DNA of 64,000 nucleotides from assembly GCF_004010195.1 (NCBI RefSeq), contig NC_057751.1, positions 3,195,974 through 3,259,973 on the forward strand. Reading direction: 5' to 3'. Shown one piece after another: positions 1 to 11,178 of this stretch (position 1 is the stretch's first letter; each line of letters starts with the position of its first letter). The notes below the pieces were generated by a model. It did not search any database, was not told the DNA's origin, and saw nothing but the letters and a program-made list of their open reading frames with translations. Source of the stretch: Chiloscyllium plagiosum (lineage: Eukaryota). The translations under genes and the position numbers were made by a program.

Positions 1-169
1 CTCCGCCCCCCCACCCCCCACCGTCCTCCAAATCTCAGAAACTCCAGTTGGTCCCAATCTCCACTGCCCAGATCCAGCTGTGTTCTGGATCCCATTTCCT
101 ACCTCCCCCTCCTCCCCCCGTGCCCGTGTGCCACCTTTGAACTGGTTTTCAATGCTCCGTGACCTTGCC

Positions 170-700
170 CGATGTTGTAGGTAGCCTCGGACCTGAACTT
201 ATTCACATTTTAAAGGTAAGTATAAGGTGCTGCATCCCAGATACAATTCCATTTCTTCAAGCTACTGGTTTTACAATAAAACACACTATATTCATCCACT
301 ATAGTTAAAATACAACGAAAAAGAGAAGGAATTGGAATAACCTCACACAACAGTTACCAATTAACTGTTCTAAGACGGTAACATCGGTAAACACACCCCT
401 TGGCGTAAAGGCTAATTCCAAAAAGGGATTGTCTCACATGCAATTCTCCAATCCAAGAGGAAAGAACATTAAAAGACAATCTGGCAGAGAGAGAGAGCAA
501 GAGAAAGAGAAAGAGAGAGAGAGGGCACGAGAGAAAGAGACAGAGAGAGACAAAAAAAGAACTCCGGCTTTCACTTGTAGGAAAGAGGGATATGGCAGCT
601 TTACAGAATCCCAGCACCGAGCTGCTGCAAACTGAAGCTCAAGGTCCTAGTTCTGTGAGTGTCTGACCACCCCCAGCCAGGCTGCTTCTATTGTTCCACC
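170..700. repeat. Probable interspersed repeat (LTR-like) with a (GA)-rich tract
   Basis: AT-richer block inside GC-rich flanks, with an AATAAA and (GA)n at 486-550. Family not identified. Confidence 0.25.
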
Positions 701-1225
701 TTTGAAAAGGCAGTCCCAAGGCCTCACAAACTGTTTTCTCCAATTGGCTGTGGTTGACTGAGCTTTGACTCAAAGCCTCTTCTCGAAACAATCCGAGGAG
801 AAAATAACTTATTCGACCTGCAGCAACAGCACACCCATTCCTCCGTGAGGTCCTCCCACCCAGCCTCACCATGCCGTGGGATCTCCCTGTGCCTCTCATC
901 CTGGCCTTTGAGCTGTCCCTGATTTGAATGCCCACCCCGTGCCGGGGGAGGCAATGGCCCAAGGGCTATTAATCCAGAGAGCCAGGGAAGGACATGAGGA
1001 CCCATGTTTGAGTCCCGCCATTGGGAATGGTGGGTTTTGGATTCTTTAAAAATCTGAGGTTGAAGGGTCTAATTGTGAAGGAGCTGAATAGGAGGAAAGG
1101 ATAGGACAGGGATGTTGATGCGGTGACAGAATGGGAAACCCTGTTTGGATGGGTTGAATGGCCTGCTTCTGTTGTTGTGATGTCCCAGTTAAAGGTAAGG
1201 CTCTGCCCGCTGTCTGTTGCTGAAG

Positions 1226-1400
1226 GTCTGAAGGAGGTGAAGCTGCCCAGGAAGCTGTTGGCAGTGTCTGACGGAGAGGAGGTGGTGTTTGAGGAGAGTG
1301 AATGGTTCCTCGTCAACATGGTCAAGCTGCTGTGGAGGTACGGCCTGGACTACATCCGGACAAAGAGCTGGCTGGACACTCACGTGCACAACTTCCTGAA
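1226..1400 (+). CDS. PCYOX1: Prenylcysteine oxidase 1-like, internal coding exon (equivalent to human exon 3)
   Basis: AG acceptor at 1224-1225 and GTGAGT donor at 1401; 175 nt. Encodes GLKEVKLPRKLLAVSDGEEVVFEESEWFLVNMVKLLWRYG, matching the recalled PCYOX1 motif ([21 protein letters not shown]). Phase joins the next exon in frame. Confidence 0.9.
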
Positions 1401-1499
1401 GTGAGTAACCGTGGCGACAAGACTGGGCAGGCCCCTTCCAGCCAACACCAAACCTCCCTCTGTCTCCCTCCTCTGAGCCCTGGCGCAATCTGCTGGAAG

Positions 1500-1795
1500 A
1501 GCATGGTGGGGTGACACTGCTGCCTCCCAGCACCAGGGACCCGGGTTCGATTCCCTCCTCAGGCGGCTGTCTGTGTGGAGTTTGCACGTTCTCCCCGTGT
1601 CTGCGTGGGTTTCCTCCCACAGTCCAAAGATGTGCAGGTCAGGGTGAAGTGCCCATGCTAAATTGTCCCATAGTGTCCAGGGAAGTGTAGGTCAGGTGCA
1701 TTAGTCAGGGGAATGGGTCTGGGTGGGTTACTCCTCTGAGGGTCGGTGTGGACCTGTTGGGCCGAAGGGTCTGTTTCCACACTGGAGGGATTCAA
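1500..1795 (+). mobile_element. HE1-type tRNA-derived SINE in a PCYOX1 intron
   Basis: B-box-like GGTTCGATTCC followed by TGTGGAGTTTGCACGTTCTCCCCGTGTCTGCGTGGGTTTCCTCC core and a CR1-like tail; several copies in the window. Confidence 0.8.
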
Positions 1796-1909
1796 TGATC
1801 CAAACGGCAACAGCCTGCATTTGTGTAGCGCCTTTGAGGTGGGGGGAGGGGGTACAGGTGGTCCCTGAGCTGTAAGGATGACAGGTCTCTGTGTGTTCCC
1901 CCTGTGCAG

Positions 1910-2121
1910 GGTTTATCAGCTCCAGGCCCGGGCTCAGTGCTCCAGGAGTGCAGAGAGGCTTCTGCAGCTGGCAGGGGGCCTGGAATTGGCACAGCTCACC
2001 CAGCTCTCCATCTCCGATGCCTTGCGGGAGGCGGGCGTTGGCCAACTGTTCCTGGACGAGATGGTCACCCCCATCGTGCGGCTCACTTATGGCCAAGACG
2101 CCAACGTCAGTGCCTTCGCGG
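1910..2121 (+). CDS. PCYOX1: Prenylcysteine oxidase 1-like, internal coding exon (exon 4 equivalent)
   Basis: tgtgcAG acceptor and GTAGGT donor; 212 nt. Encodes VYQLQ...FLDEMVTPIVRLTYGQDANVSAFAG, similar to PCYOX1 [25 protein letters not shown]. Confidence 0.9.
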
Positions 2122-2446
2122 GTAGGTGACCCCTGAGCTCCTCATTGGCACGGGAGGGGTGCATCGTGGGTGGCCTGTCCCCTGGCACACTCTGTGTTAT
2201 CCACCAGGGGGCGAGGGAGCTCCCTGTGGGGTTCCCTCCTGGTGGGGCATGACCCCCAGGTGAGTGAACTGTTCACCATCGGGCAAGTGTAACATACCCT
2301 AAAGAACACAGCCGATGGGTAGTCGCGTAGCTCAGCCCCATCCACCAACATCCCAAGGCTCTCACTCGGCAGTCCCTCATCAGGCACTACCCCAAAATTC
2401 ACACGGACCCTTGCTCAGAGAGCGAGAGAGAGAGAGAGACCCTCTT

Positions 2447-3110
2447 TCTGACCCTCCGACAGTGCGGCACTCCCTCAGCACTGACCCTCCGACAGTGCCC
2501 AGTCCCTCAGCACAGACCCTCCGACAGTGCAGCATTCCCTCAGCACTGACCGTCTGACAGAGCAGCACTCCCTCAGCACTGACCCTCCGACAGTGCGGCA
2601 CTCCCTCAGCACTGACCCTCCGACAGTGCCCACTCCCTCAGCACTGACCCTCCGACAGTGCGGCACTCCCTCAGCACTGACCCTCCGACAGTGCCCACTT
2701 CCTCAGCACTGACCCACCGACAGTGCGGCACTCCCTGAGCACTGACCCTCCAACAGTGCAGCACTCCCTCAGCACTGACCCTCCGACAGTGCCCACTCCC
2801 TCAGCACTGACCCTCCGACAGTGCAGCATTCCCTCAGCACTGACCCTCCGACAGTGCGGCACTCCCTCAGCACTGACCCTCCGACAGTGCGGCACTCCCT
2901 CAGTACTGACCCTCTGACAGTGCGGCACTCCCTCAGCACTGACCCTCCGACAGTGCTGCACTCCCTCAGTACTGACCCTCCGACAGTGCTGCACTCCCTC
3001 AGTACGCACCCTCTGACAGTGCGGCACTCCCTCAGCACTGACCCTCTGACAGTGCGGCACTCCCTCAGCACTGACCCTCCAACAGTGCCCACTTCCGCAG
3101 CACTGACCGT
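2447..3110 (+). repeat. 33-bp minisatellite (CAGTGCGGCACTCCCTCAGCACTGACCCTCCGA)n
   Basis: About 20 tandem units with 31-33 bp variants, directly visible. Confidence 0.95.
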
Positions 3111-3479
3111 GTCAGGCTGAATGTGATGTACCAGTGCTTCTTCCAATCAGAGGAGAGACAGCGCAGCCTAGTGTCCCGGAGCCAATGTCTATCCCTTAGC
3201 CAGGAACCTCAGAGTCAGGTCATCTTCTTGTTGGAGTTTCTGAGATCTTGCTGAGTTCAGAGACGCCTAGCTCCACATGGGAGACACCACCAATTACTTC
3301 GACTGTCCCAGAGAGATTCCAGTACCTTCACTCAGCACCCGGTCACCAATCGACACCCAGACACGGAGAATACTCAGTGATCTCCCTCTCTCTGGCTCTG
3401 TCTCTACCTCCTCTCCCTCTGTGTCTCTCCCTCGCTCTCCTCCCCCATTCTAACCCCCGTCTTCCCCACTGTGTGACAG

Positions 3480-3632
3480 GTATGATGGCCCTGACTGTGG
3501 TACACTCTGAGCTCTGGGCTGTGGAAGGAGGAAACAAGCTCCTGTGCTCTGGCCTGCTCTACTCAGCCAAAGTTAACCTCATCAAAGGCAAGGTCACAGC
3601 AATAAGCTCCAAGAGGCGGCTGCTACGCACTG
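3480..3632 (+). CDS. PCYOX1: Prenylcysteine oxidase 1-like, internal coding exon (exon 5 equivalent)
   Basis: Pyrimidine tract plus AG acceptor and GTAAGT donor; 153 nt, phase 1-1. Contains LWAVEGGNKLLCSGLL, a hallmark PCYOX1 motif. Confidence 0.92.
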
Positions 3633-3654
3633 GTAAGTCCCAAAGTCCCAGCAT

Positions 3655-4585
3655 CAGTGCTGAGGAAGCCTCACACTGTCGGAGCGTCAGTGCTGAGGGA
3701 GTGCCGCACTGTCGAGGGGTCAGTACTGAGGGAGTGCCGCACTGTCGAGGGGTCAGTACTGAGGGAGTGCCACACTGTCGGAGGGTCAGTACTGAGGGAG
3801 TGCCGCACTGTCGAGGGGTCAGTACTGAGGGAGTGCCGCACTGTCGGAGGGTCAGTGCTGAGGGAGTGCCGCACTGTCGAGGGGTCAGTACTGAGGGAGT
3901 GCCGCACTGTCGGAGGGTCAGTGCTGAGGGAGTTCTACACTGTCGGAAGGTCAGTGCTGAGGGAGTGCTGCACTGTCGGAGGGTCAGTGCTGAGGGAGTT
4001 CTACACTGTCGGAGGGTCAGTGCTGAGGGAGTGCTGCACTGTCGGAGGGTCAGTGCTGAGGGAGTTCTACACTGTCGGAAGGTCAGTGCTGAGGGAGTGC
4101 TGCACTGTCGGAGGGTCAGTGCTGAGGGAGTTCTACACTGTCGGAAGGTCAGTGCTGAGGGAGTGCTGCACTGTCGGAGGGTCAGTGCTGAGGGAGTTCT
4201 ACACTGTCGGAGGGTCAGTGCTGAGGGAGTGCCGCACTGTCGGAGGGTCAGTGCTGAGGGAGTGCNNNNNNNNNNNNNNNNNNNNNNNNNNNNNNNNNNN
4301 NNNNNNNNNNNNNNNNNNNNNNNNNNNNNNNNNNNNNNNNNNNNNNNNNNNNNNNNNNNNNNNNNNNNNNNNNNNNNNNNNNNNNNNNNNNNNNNNNNNN
4401 NNNNNNNNNNNNNNNNNNNNNNNNNNNNNNNNNNNNNNNNNNNNNNNNNNNNNNNNNNNNNNNNNNNNNNNNNNNNNNNNNNNNNNNNNNNNNNNNNNNN
4501 NTGAGGGAGCGCCGCACTGTCAGAGGGTCAGTGCTGAGGGAGTGCCGCACTGTCGGAGGGTCTGTGCTGAGGGAGTGTTACAGTG
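3655..4585 (-). repeat. Same 33-bp minisatellite in the opposite orientation; spans the N gap
   Basis: (CAGTGCTGAGGGAGTGCCGCACTGTCGGAGGGT)n is the reverse complement of the 2447-3110 unit. Confidence 0.95.
4266..4501. other. Assembly gap (N run)
   Basis: Run of N inside the minisatellite. Confidence 1.
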
Positions 4586-4857
4586 CTGATGCCCGGGAAG
4601 TGGTCCCCCTTTATCCTCTTACCGTCCCACTGTTTGCCCCTGTACCCCTCCCTTTGCTCTCGTGTGTTCCCAGGGTTGGTGTTATCCGGGGAGAGTGCGT
4701 TGTGGGCAGTACCCTGTTCCCGCACCTGGTATTTGTGCTGTTGTTGGTGTTGAATGGCGAGAGGGGTGGGGTCAGACTGGAGGGGCCAAGTGGCCTCTGG
4801 AGAGTATCTCTGGAAGTATATGCATGTGTCTCTGTGTGTGTGTGTGTGTGTTTGTAG

Positions 4858-5483
4858 GCGAAGAGCTGCTGCTGTACGAACTGAGCTATGAGGACGGCCC
4901 GGGACGTGGTTATGGTCTGTACGACATTGTGGTGGTAACTGCGGGCGAGATCTCTGGGAGCGGAGTACCCACTGTTCGGCGCCAGCCCAGGGTGGTCACT
5001 CTTGTCGATGGTTGCTTGAACACTTCATCCTTGGGGCACCGCAGCCGTGACCCTCTCCGAGACTCCCTCATTCTCACCGCCTCCCGCTCTCCTCCCACTG
5101 TCATGGCCGCTATGGTGACCACGGGAGTCAGCTCCCTCCCTGATCCCCTGCCCCAGCCTCCTTGTGCCCGGACCTGGAGGCTGCTATCGGCCGAGCCTCT
5201 GACCCGGGAGACCCTGGGTCATCTGTTCCCCTCCGCCCGGGCCGTACGCCAATCCCAGTGGCTCTCCGGGGTTCCCAGTCCCATCTCGGCTCGGCAGCGC
5301 CCCCCCTTCGTTGTCCACGGCCACCTTTACCACCTTAGGCCCTCAGAGGGCGCCACCGGGACCGCGGAGTTGGCCGTCATCTGGGCCAAGAACGCCGCCA
5401 TGTTGGCACACCGCCGCTGGCACCGAGGCTCAGAGCGGGGAGGACGGAGTGCGGCGCGGGGGTCTCTCAGGCTGGAGCTCTGA
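4858..5483 (+). CDS. PCYOX1: Prenylcysteine oxidase 1-like, terminal coding exon
   Basis: (TG)n-TTTGTAG acceptor. Encodes YDIVVVTA, VTLVDGCLNTS, WRLLSAEPLT, AKNAAMLAHRRWH and ends LRLEL-stop (PCYOX1 ends in KTEL, from recall). Frame is continuous with the upstream exons. Confidence 0.88.
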
Positions 5484-6929
5484 CGGGTCACCCCCCCCCC
5501 CCCTCCCCCACCATCACCATCGACGAGAGAGTCCGGGGGGAGGGGAGAGAGAGGAGGCAAACCCGACAGGAACGGCACACATGAGAATCCGCCCCAGCCC
5601 CTGCGGTGCCCACCTGACCTACACGGCCTGTCGCACTGGGCATGCTCTCCCTGGCACAGGCAACACTGGCACAGTCCAGACCAGTGTCCACACCCTCTCA
5701 CCCCATCTCCCTGCCCTCACCATCCCACCCCCCCTCCCATCACATTATCTCCTCTGTTCTATCCATTTGATGAGGGTGTCATTGGGTAGACCCACATTTA
5801 TTGGCCGTCCCTAATTACCAGGGGGCTGCTGAGAGTTAGCCCCATCGCTGTGGGTCTGGAGTCACGTGTAGGCCAGGCCAGGTAAGGATGACAGTTTCCT
5901 TCTCTGAGGGACGTTCGTGAACCAGATGGGGATGTTTCCCCATTGACAATCAACAATGGGTTCATGGTCTTTGCTGGACTCTTCAATCCTGGTTCTTATT
6001 GACAGTTCAGATTGCACCCTCAGCCATGGTGGGGAATCGAAATCCCGGTTCCCCGGAACATTCCGGATTTCAGGGTCATCGGGCCAGATTTTGTTTGTTT
6101 GAATGTGGACGTCCCCATCTGCCCCATTGACTGTCTTCCCCAACTCTCTCCAACTCGCCGAGTGTACCTGGGGTAATGGCTCCTCTCTCCCCCATCCCTC
6201 CAGCTCTCGTGTACGTGGTCACCTCCGGCATTCCCTGCCCGGGCATCTTCCCGATTCCCTCCGGGCCTAGATGTTCCCTCGGAATTCCGGACTGGGATCT
6301 TCCAGACTGCTGTTCTCCTGGTACCTCCCAGCTGTTGGGAATCTCCCTCTCAGGCGTGTTCCCAGAGGCTGGGGTAAGGGAGAGGGAGAGGACCCACTCC
6401 CTGTGGGTGACTGGGCCCACTCTCCATTCCCTGGATCCAGGGCCTCACTGCTTGGAAGTTCCCGGATCAGCCCCAGCACGGCCCACATCCTTCCATTGGT
6501 AAACCTCCCTCTCTGTAGCTGCTGTTGGTGAAGGGTAGCATCCAGTCCTGGGGGAGTCGCTGTGCTTCACAGAATGGGCACCACCCAGAGCCAGGCCACT
6601 CAGCCCGTCCTGTCCCTGCTGAGCCTGACTCTGGGCCTCTCCCTGTGCTCCTACCGTTTGGGAAGATGGTCCCACTGAATTTGGAAAGGTGCGTCTGTCC
6701 CCCTCCCTGTGTCCACACTCCCACCCCTCACTGGCCACCAACCATCTTCCTCAGAGAGCTCCCTCGTCCCTCCCCACCACTGGGAAGGTTTTCTCGGGTT
6801 CTATCCATGCTGACCTTCACACGGAGAATGGTACTGACCTCCCCAGGCTGTCTTTCCTACGGACACCGCTCGCCCCTTTCACCCATCCTTATCTATCACC
6901 CTCCCTCATTATTCCTCAGGTGCAGGCCC

Positions 6930-7640
6930 CGGAACTGGGTACGCTATGATCGGGCCTGCATCGAGATCTGGGTGATGGGCCGGAAACGGAGAGTGAGGAT
7001 AGGGTGGGAAGGGGCTCTCCATCCAGTGGGCTCTCACACGGGTCAGTGTCGGGACCACAGCTGTGCGTCAATGACTGGGAGGCAGCAAGGGAACGGACTG
7101 CAGCCACATTTCCAGCTGATACAGAGACAAGTGGAAAACCAGCCTCTGAGAGGGACTCAGACAGTTTCCAGAGAGATATTGAAAGGGGGTCAATCGACAA
7201 TTGGAGTGTCATGTGGGAAAATGTTGGATTGTCTAATGAGCAGAAGCAAAGTACGTTGGGACTTGACTCACTGGAGCTTAGAAGAATGAGAGGTGATCTC
7301 ACTGAAACATACAGGAATCTTAACAGGGTTGACAGGGTAAATGCTGAGTGGATGTTTCCATGCTGGGAGAGCCAAAGATCAGACAGCATGGTTGCTAAAT
7401 AGAGGTGTGCCAATTTCAGACTGAGATGAGATGGCACCTCTTCTCTCAGAGGGCTGAGAGTCTTTGGAACTCCTTACCACAGGGAGGTGTGGGGGCAGAG
7501 TCCTTGTGTCTATTTAAGGCTGAGATAGAGAGATTCTTGATTCATCGGGGACTCAAGGGTTACGGGGGAAACGCAGTCAGGTGGACGTGAGGAGTGTGAT
7601 GAAACGACAAAGCAGGTTTGAAGGGCTGAATGGCCTCCTC
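6930..7640 (+). mobile_element. CR1-type LINE, degenerate RT and 3' fragment
   Basis: Translates to GSVSGPQL...FPADTE...FQRDIE and LGLDSLELRRMRGDLTETYR, matching CR1 motifs GSVLGP, FADDT, LQRDLD and RRLRGDLIEVYK. Confidence 0.8.
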
Positions 7641-8283
7641 CCATTCCAGTTCCCTGTGGTCCCCCGACAGACGGAGTACCTGCGTTCAATCTGCCCTTTA
7701 AGTCTTAAAAAGGAAAGTTTGTTCATGTGTCTGCACCACTGAGAAAAGGCCCTTTGGCCCATCAGATCTGTGCTGTCCAAAACAACGGCCTCACTGTTCG
7801 AATCCTATTTCCCAGCCCTTGGCCAATAGCCTTGCCTGTCTGGTCATCTCAATCCTTCCCCAGTGTGAAAGAGGTCCCTGCCTCTCCCACCCTGACAGGC
7901 TCCAGATTCTCCACCACTCTCTGAGTGAAAGCAGTTATTTCTCACATTACCCCCCCCCCCCACCGCCTTCCTTTAAACCTAACTCCCTCTGGTCAGTGGT
8001 CTCTCTGTCTGGGGGAAATGTCCTGTCTACACCTGCCACAATTTTATCCATCTCGATTACCTCTCCTCTCAACCTTCCTTCGCTCTTTGGACAACAACTC
8101 CCAGTCTGTCCAACCCCTCCCCATGACTGAGAGTCTCCACCCTCCAACCCCCCCAGCCAAGGTTCTGTTGTGGTAAATCTCCCTCTGCACTCTCTCCAGC
8201 GCGTTCACACCCCATAGTATCCAGAGCGATGTCTTCAAGTTTCACAGCAGTCAGATTTGCTGATGCTGGTCATGATTCGGAGG

Positions 8284-8480
8284 TGCCCAGTGTTGGACTG
8301 GGGTGTACAAAGTTAAGATCACACAACACCAGGTTAGAGTCCAACAGGTTTATTTGGGAGGACTAGCTTTTGGAGTGCTGCTCTTTCCATCTGACGAAGG
8401 AGCGACGCTCCGAAAGCTAGTGTGCTTCCAAATAAACCTGTTGGACTCTAACCTGGTGTTGTGTGATTTTTAACTTTGCT
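8284..8480. mobile_element. Palindromic short element (Penelope-derived) with a minimal hammerhead-like core
   Basis: Arms CAAAGTTAAGATCACACAACACCAGGTTAGAGTCCAACAGGTTTATTTGG and CCAAATAAACCTGTTGGACTCTAACCTGGTGTTGTGTGATTTTTAACTTTG are inverted. CTGACGA-aGGAGCgacGCTCC-GAAAGCTA lies at 8391-8419. Partial copies near 31830-31950 and 42220-42365. Confidence 0.7.
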
Positions 8481-9038
8481 GATGGTGGTGATTGATGGGG
8501 AGAGACCACCACCTAGTGGCCATACCCGCACATTGTCAGACACCCAGGTGCGTGCTTCCAAATAAACCTGTTGGACTCTAACCTGGTGTTGTGTGATCTT
8601 AACTTTGCTGATGGTGGTGATTGATGGGGAGAGACCACCACCTAGTGGCCATACCCGCACATTGTCAGACACCCAGGTGCAGTCGCCTGGCTGCCTTCAA
8701 ATACCCTCGCTCCCCCTCATGGTGTCCATTCGGCCAACAAGCTGCTGCTGTCCTCCCCGGATAGAGCAGAGCCCCATGGGGCAGAGTGAAGGTCGGGGAG
8801 ATTGAGAGAGCTCAGCTGGATGAGGTGACAGGACAGACCCTTCGAAGGGATGGCTGAGAGAGCAGTGGGTTTTCAGGAGGGACAAGACAGGCAGGAACCT
8901 GGGGCTGACGAACAAGTCCAACTCCTTGAGCATGCTCTGCCATACCCTCGGATTGCCATTCCTGACCCCAACTCCACTTTGCCCCCCTATTCCATCACTA
9001 TCAGCTCCCTTGGCAATCCCACTCTGGCTCAGCTTTGA

Positions 9039-9500
9039 ATACTGTGGAAAAGGATATGGAAGATATAGACTGTAGGGAAATAGATGGTGACATCTTGCAA
9101 AATGTCCAGATTACAGAGGAGGAAGTGCTGGATGTCTTGAAACGGTTAAAGGTGGATAAGTCCCCAGGACCTGATCAGGTGCACCCGAGAGCTCTGTAGG
9201 AAGCGAGGGAAGTGATTGCTGGGCCTCTTGCTGAGATATTTGTATCATCGATAGTCACAGGTGAGGTGCCGGAAGACTGGAGGTTGGCAAAGGGGAGAGG
9301 AGAGAGATTTTAAAAAGACATGAGGGGCATTTGTTTTTTCCACAGAGAGTGGTTCGTGTGTGGAATGAACTGTCTGAGGGAGTGGTGGATGTGGGGACAG
9401 TGGCAACATTTCAAAGACATTTGGATAAGTAGAGGAATGGGAAAGGGTTTGGAGGGATATGGGCCAGGAGCAGGCAGGTGGGACGTGTTTAGTTTGGGAT
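9039..9500 (+). mobile_element. CR1 LINE fragment with an internal deletion
   Basis: KVDKSPGPDQVHPRAL...GEVPEDWRLA RT-start motif is fused at about 9290 directly to the CR1 3' end. Confidence 0.8.
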
Positions 9501-9689
9501 TACGTACAGCTGTGAGGCCTCAGGATGAACCATCCTGTTGGGAGAACCCCTTCCCAATCCTTTTCTGAAGCTGCCGTGGGAAATCCCAACGATGACTGCA
9601 AACCAGGAGATGAGCTGGGAGACCCCTTCCGTCCCCAAAAGGGAAGGGGTTCCCACTGCAGGAGACTGATCCAGTCAGTGGGCATCCGA

Positions 9690-11178
9690 TCTCTCCCAAC
9701 CAGAGTCTCCATGGCTGGGATTTAGCCTGAGCCTGCCTCCCTGTCAGGTACGTGGAACAGTCCATCTTCCACAGCTACACCGGCACCATTCCCCACCTTT
9801 TCCTCTATTGCATCAGTGACTGTATCAGCACCACCTCATGCTCCCACAAGGAGGGTGAACAGTTCATCAACTTCACCAACACCTTCCACCCCGACCTCAA
9901 GTTCACCTGGACCATCTCGGACACCTCCCTCCCCTTCCTGGACCTCCCCATCTCCATCAGTGGTCACCGACTCAACACGGATATCGACTTCAAACCCACT
10001 GACTCCCACAGCTACCTGGATTACACCACCTCCCACCCTGCCTCCTGGGAAAACACTATCCCTTCCTCCGAATTCCTCCGCCTCTGCCGTATCTGCTCCC
10101 AGGAGGACCAGTTCCACCACAGAACACACCAGACGGCCTCCTATTTGAAAGACCACAATTTCCCCTCCCATGTGATCAACAACGCCCTCCTGCGCATCTC
10201 CTCCACTTCCCGCACCTCCACCCTTGAACCCCACCCCTCCAGCTGCAACAAAGACACAACCCCCTGGTCCTCCCCTTCCACCTCACCAACCTGCGGATAC
10301 AACATATCATCCTCCGCCATTTCTGTCACCTACAAACAGACCCCACCACCAGAGATATATTTCCCTCCCCACCCCTGTCAGCATTCTGCAGAGACCATTC
10401 CCTCCGCCACTCCCTCCCTAGGTCCACGCACCCTACCAACCCACCCTCCACTCCTGCCACCTTCTCCTGCCAAGAGGTGTAAAACCTGCGCCCACACTTC
10501 CCCCTTCATCTCCATCCAAGGCCCCAAAGGATCCTTCCACATTCAGCAGAGATTTTCCTGCAACCCCTCCACCTACTGTGTCCATTACTCCTGATGTGGT
10601 CTCCTGTACATCAGGGATACAGGATGCCAACTTCTGGAACAGTTCAGAGAACATCTATGGGATGCACACTCCCAACAACCCCACCACCCTGTAGTTGACC
10701 ACTTCAACTCCCCCTCCCGCTCTGCCGAGGACATGCAAGTCCTGGGCCTCCTTCACCGCCAAACTGTTACCACCTGACACCTGCAGGAAGAATGCATCAT
10801 CTTCCGCCTTGGGACCCTCTACGCACATGCCATCAATGTGGATTTCACCAATTTCCTCATCTCCCCTCTCCCTACCTCATCCCAGATCCAACCTTCCAGC
10901 TCAGCACTGCCCTCATGACCTGTCCTCCCTGTCCATCTTCCTCCCCACCTATGAGGTCCACCTTCCTCTCTGACCTATCACCTTTACCTCGACCTCCATC
11001 CACCTATTGCACTCTCAGCTCGCTCTTCCCCTTGCCCCACCCCCACCCATTTACCTGTCAGCCCCTTTGGGCCCCCACATTCCCTGATGAAGGGCTTATG
11101 CCCGAAACGTTGACTCTCCTGCTCCTCGAATGCTGCCTGACTGGCTGTGCTTTCCCAGTACCACACTTTCTGACTTTA
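9690..11178 (+). mobile_element. Penelope-like retroelement (RT C-terminal part plus GIY-YIG endonuclease), decayed
   Basis: Encodes FINFTNTFHPDLKFT, LPFLDL, KPTDSHSYLDY, FLRLCRICS, CKTC and a YCVH...LLYI region. The 3' end carries CTGATGA-agggcttatgccc-GAAAC at 11084-11108. Confidence 0.85.

Noticed and set aside
2447..4585. CRISPR-like regular ~33-bp repeats and the repetitive 418-aa and 310-aa ORFs
   Set aside because: The units are head-to-tail with no unique spacers, there are no cas genes and the context is vertebrate; the ORFs are repeat read-through.
6100..7290. Pro-rich ORFs suggesting a retroviral gag or an extra gene
   Set aside because: The distal part is a degenerate CR1 RT; the rest has no recognisable motif and long ORFs are expected at this GC content.
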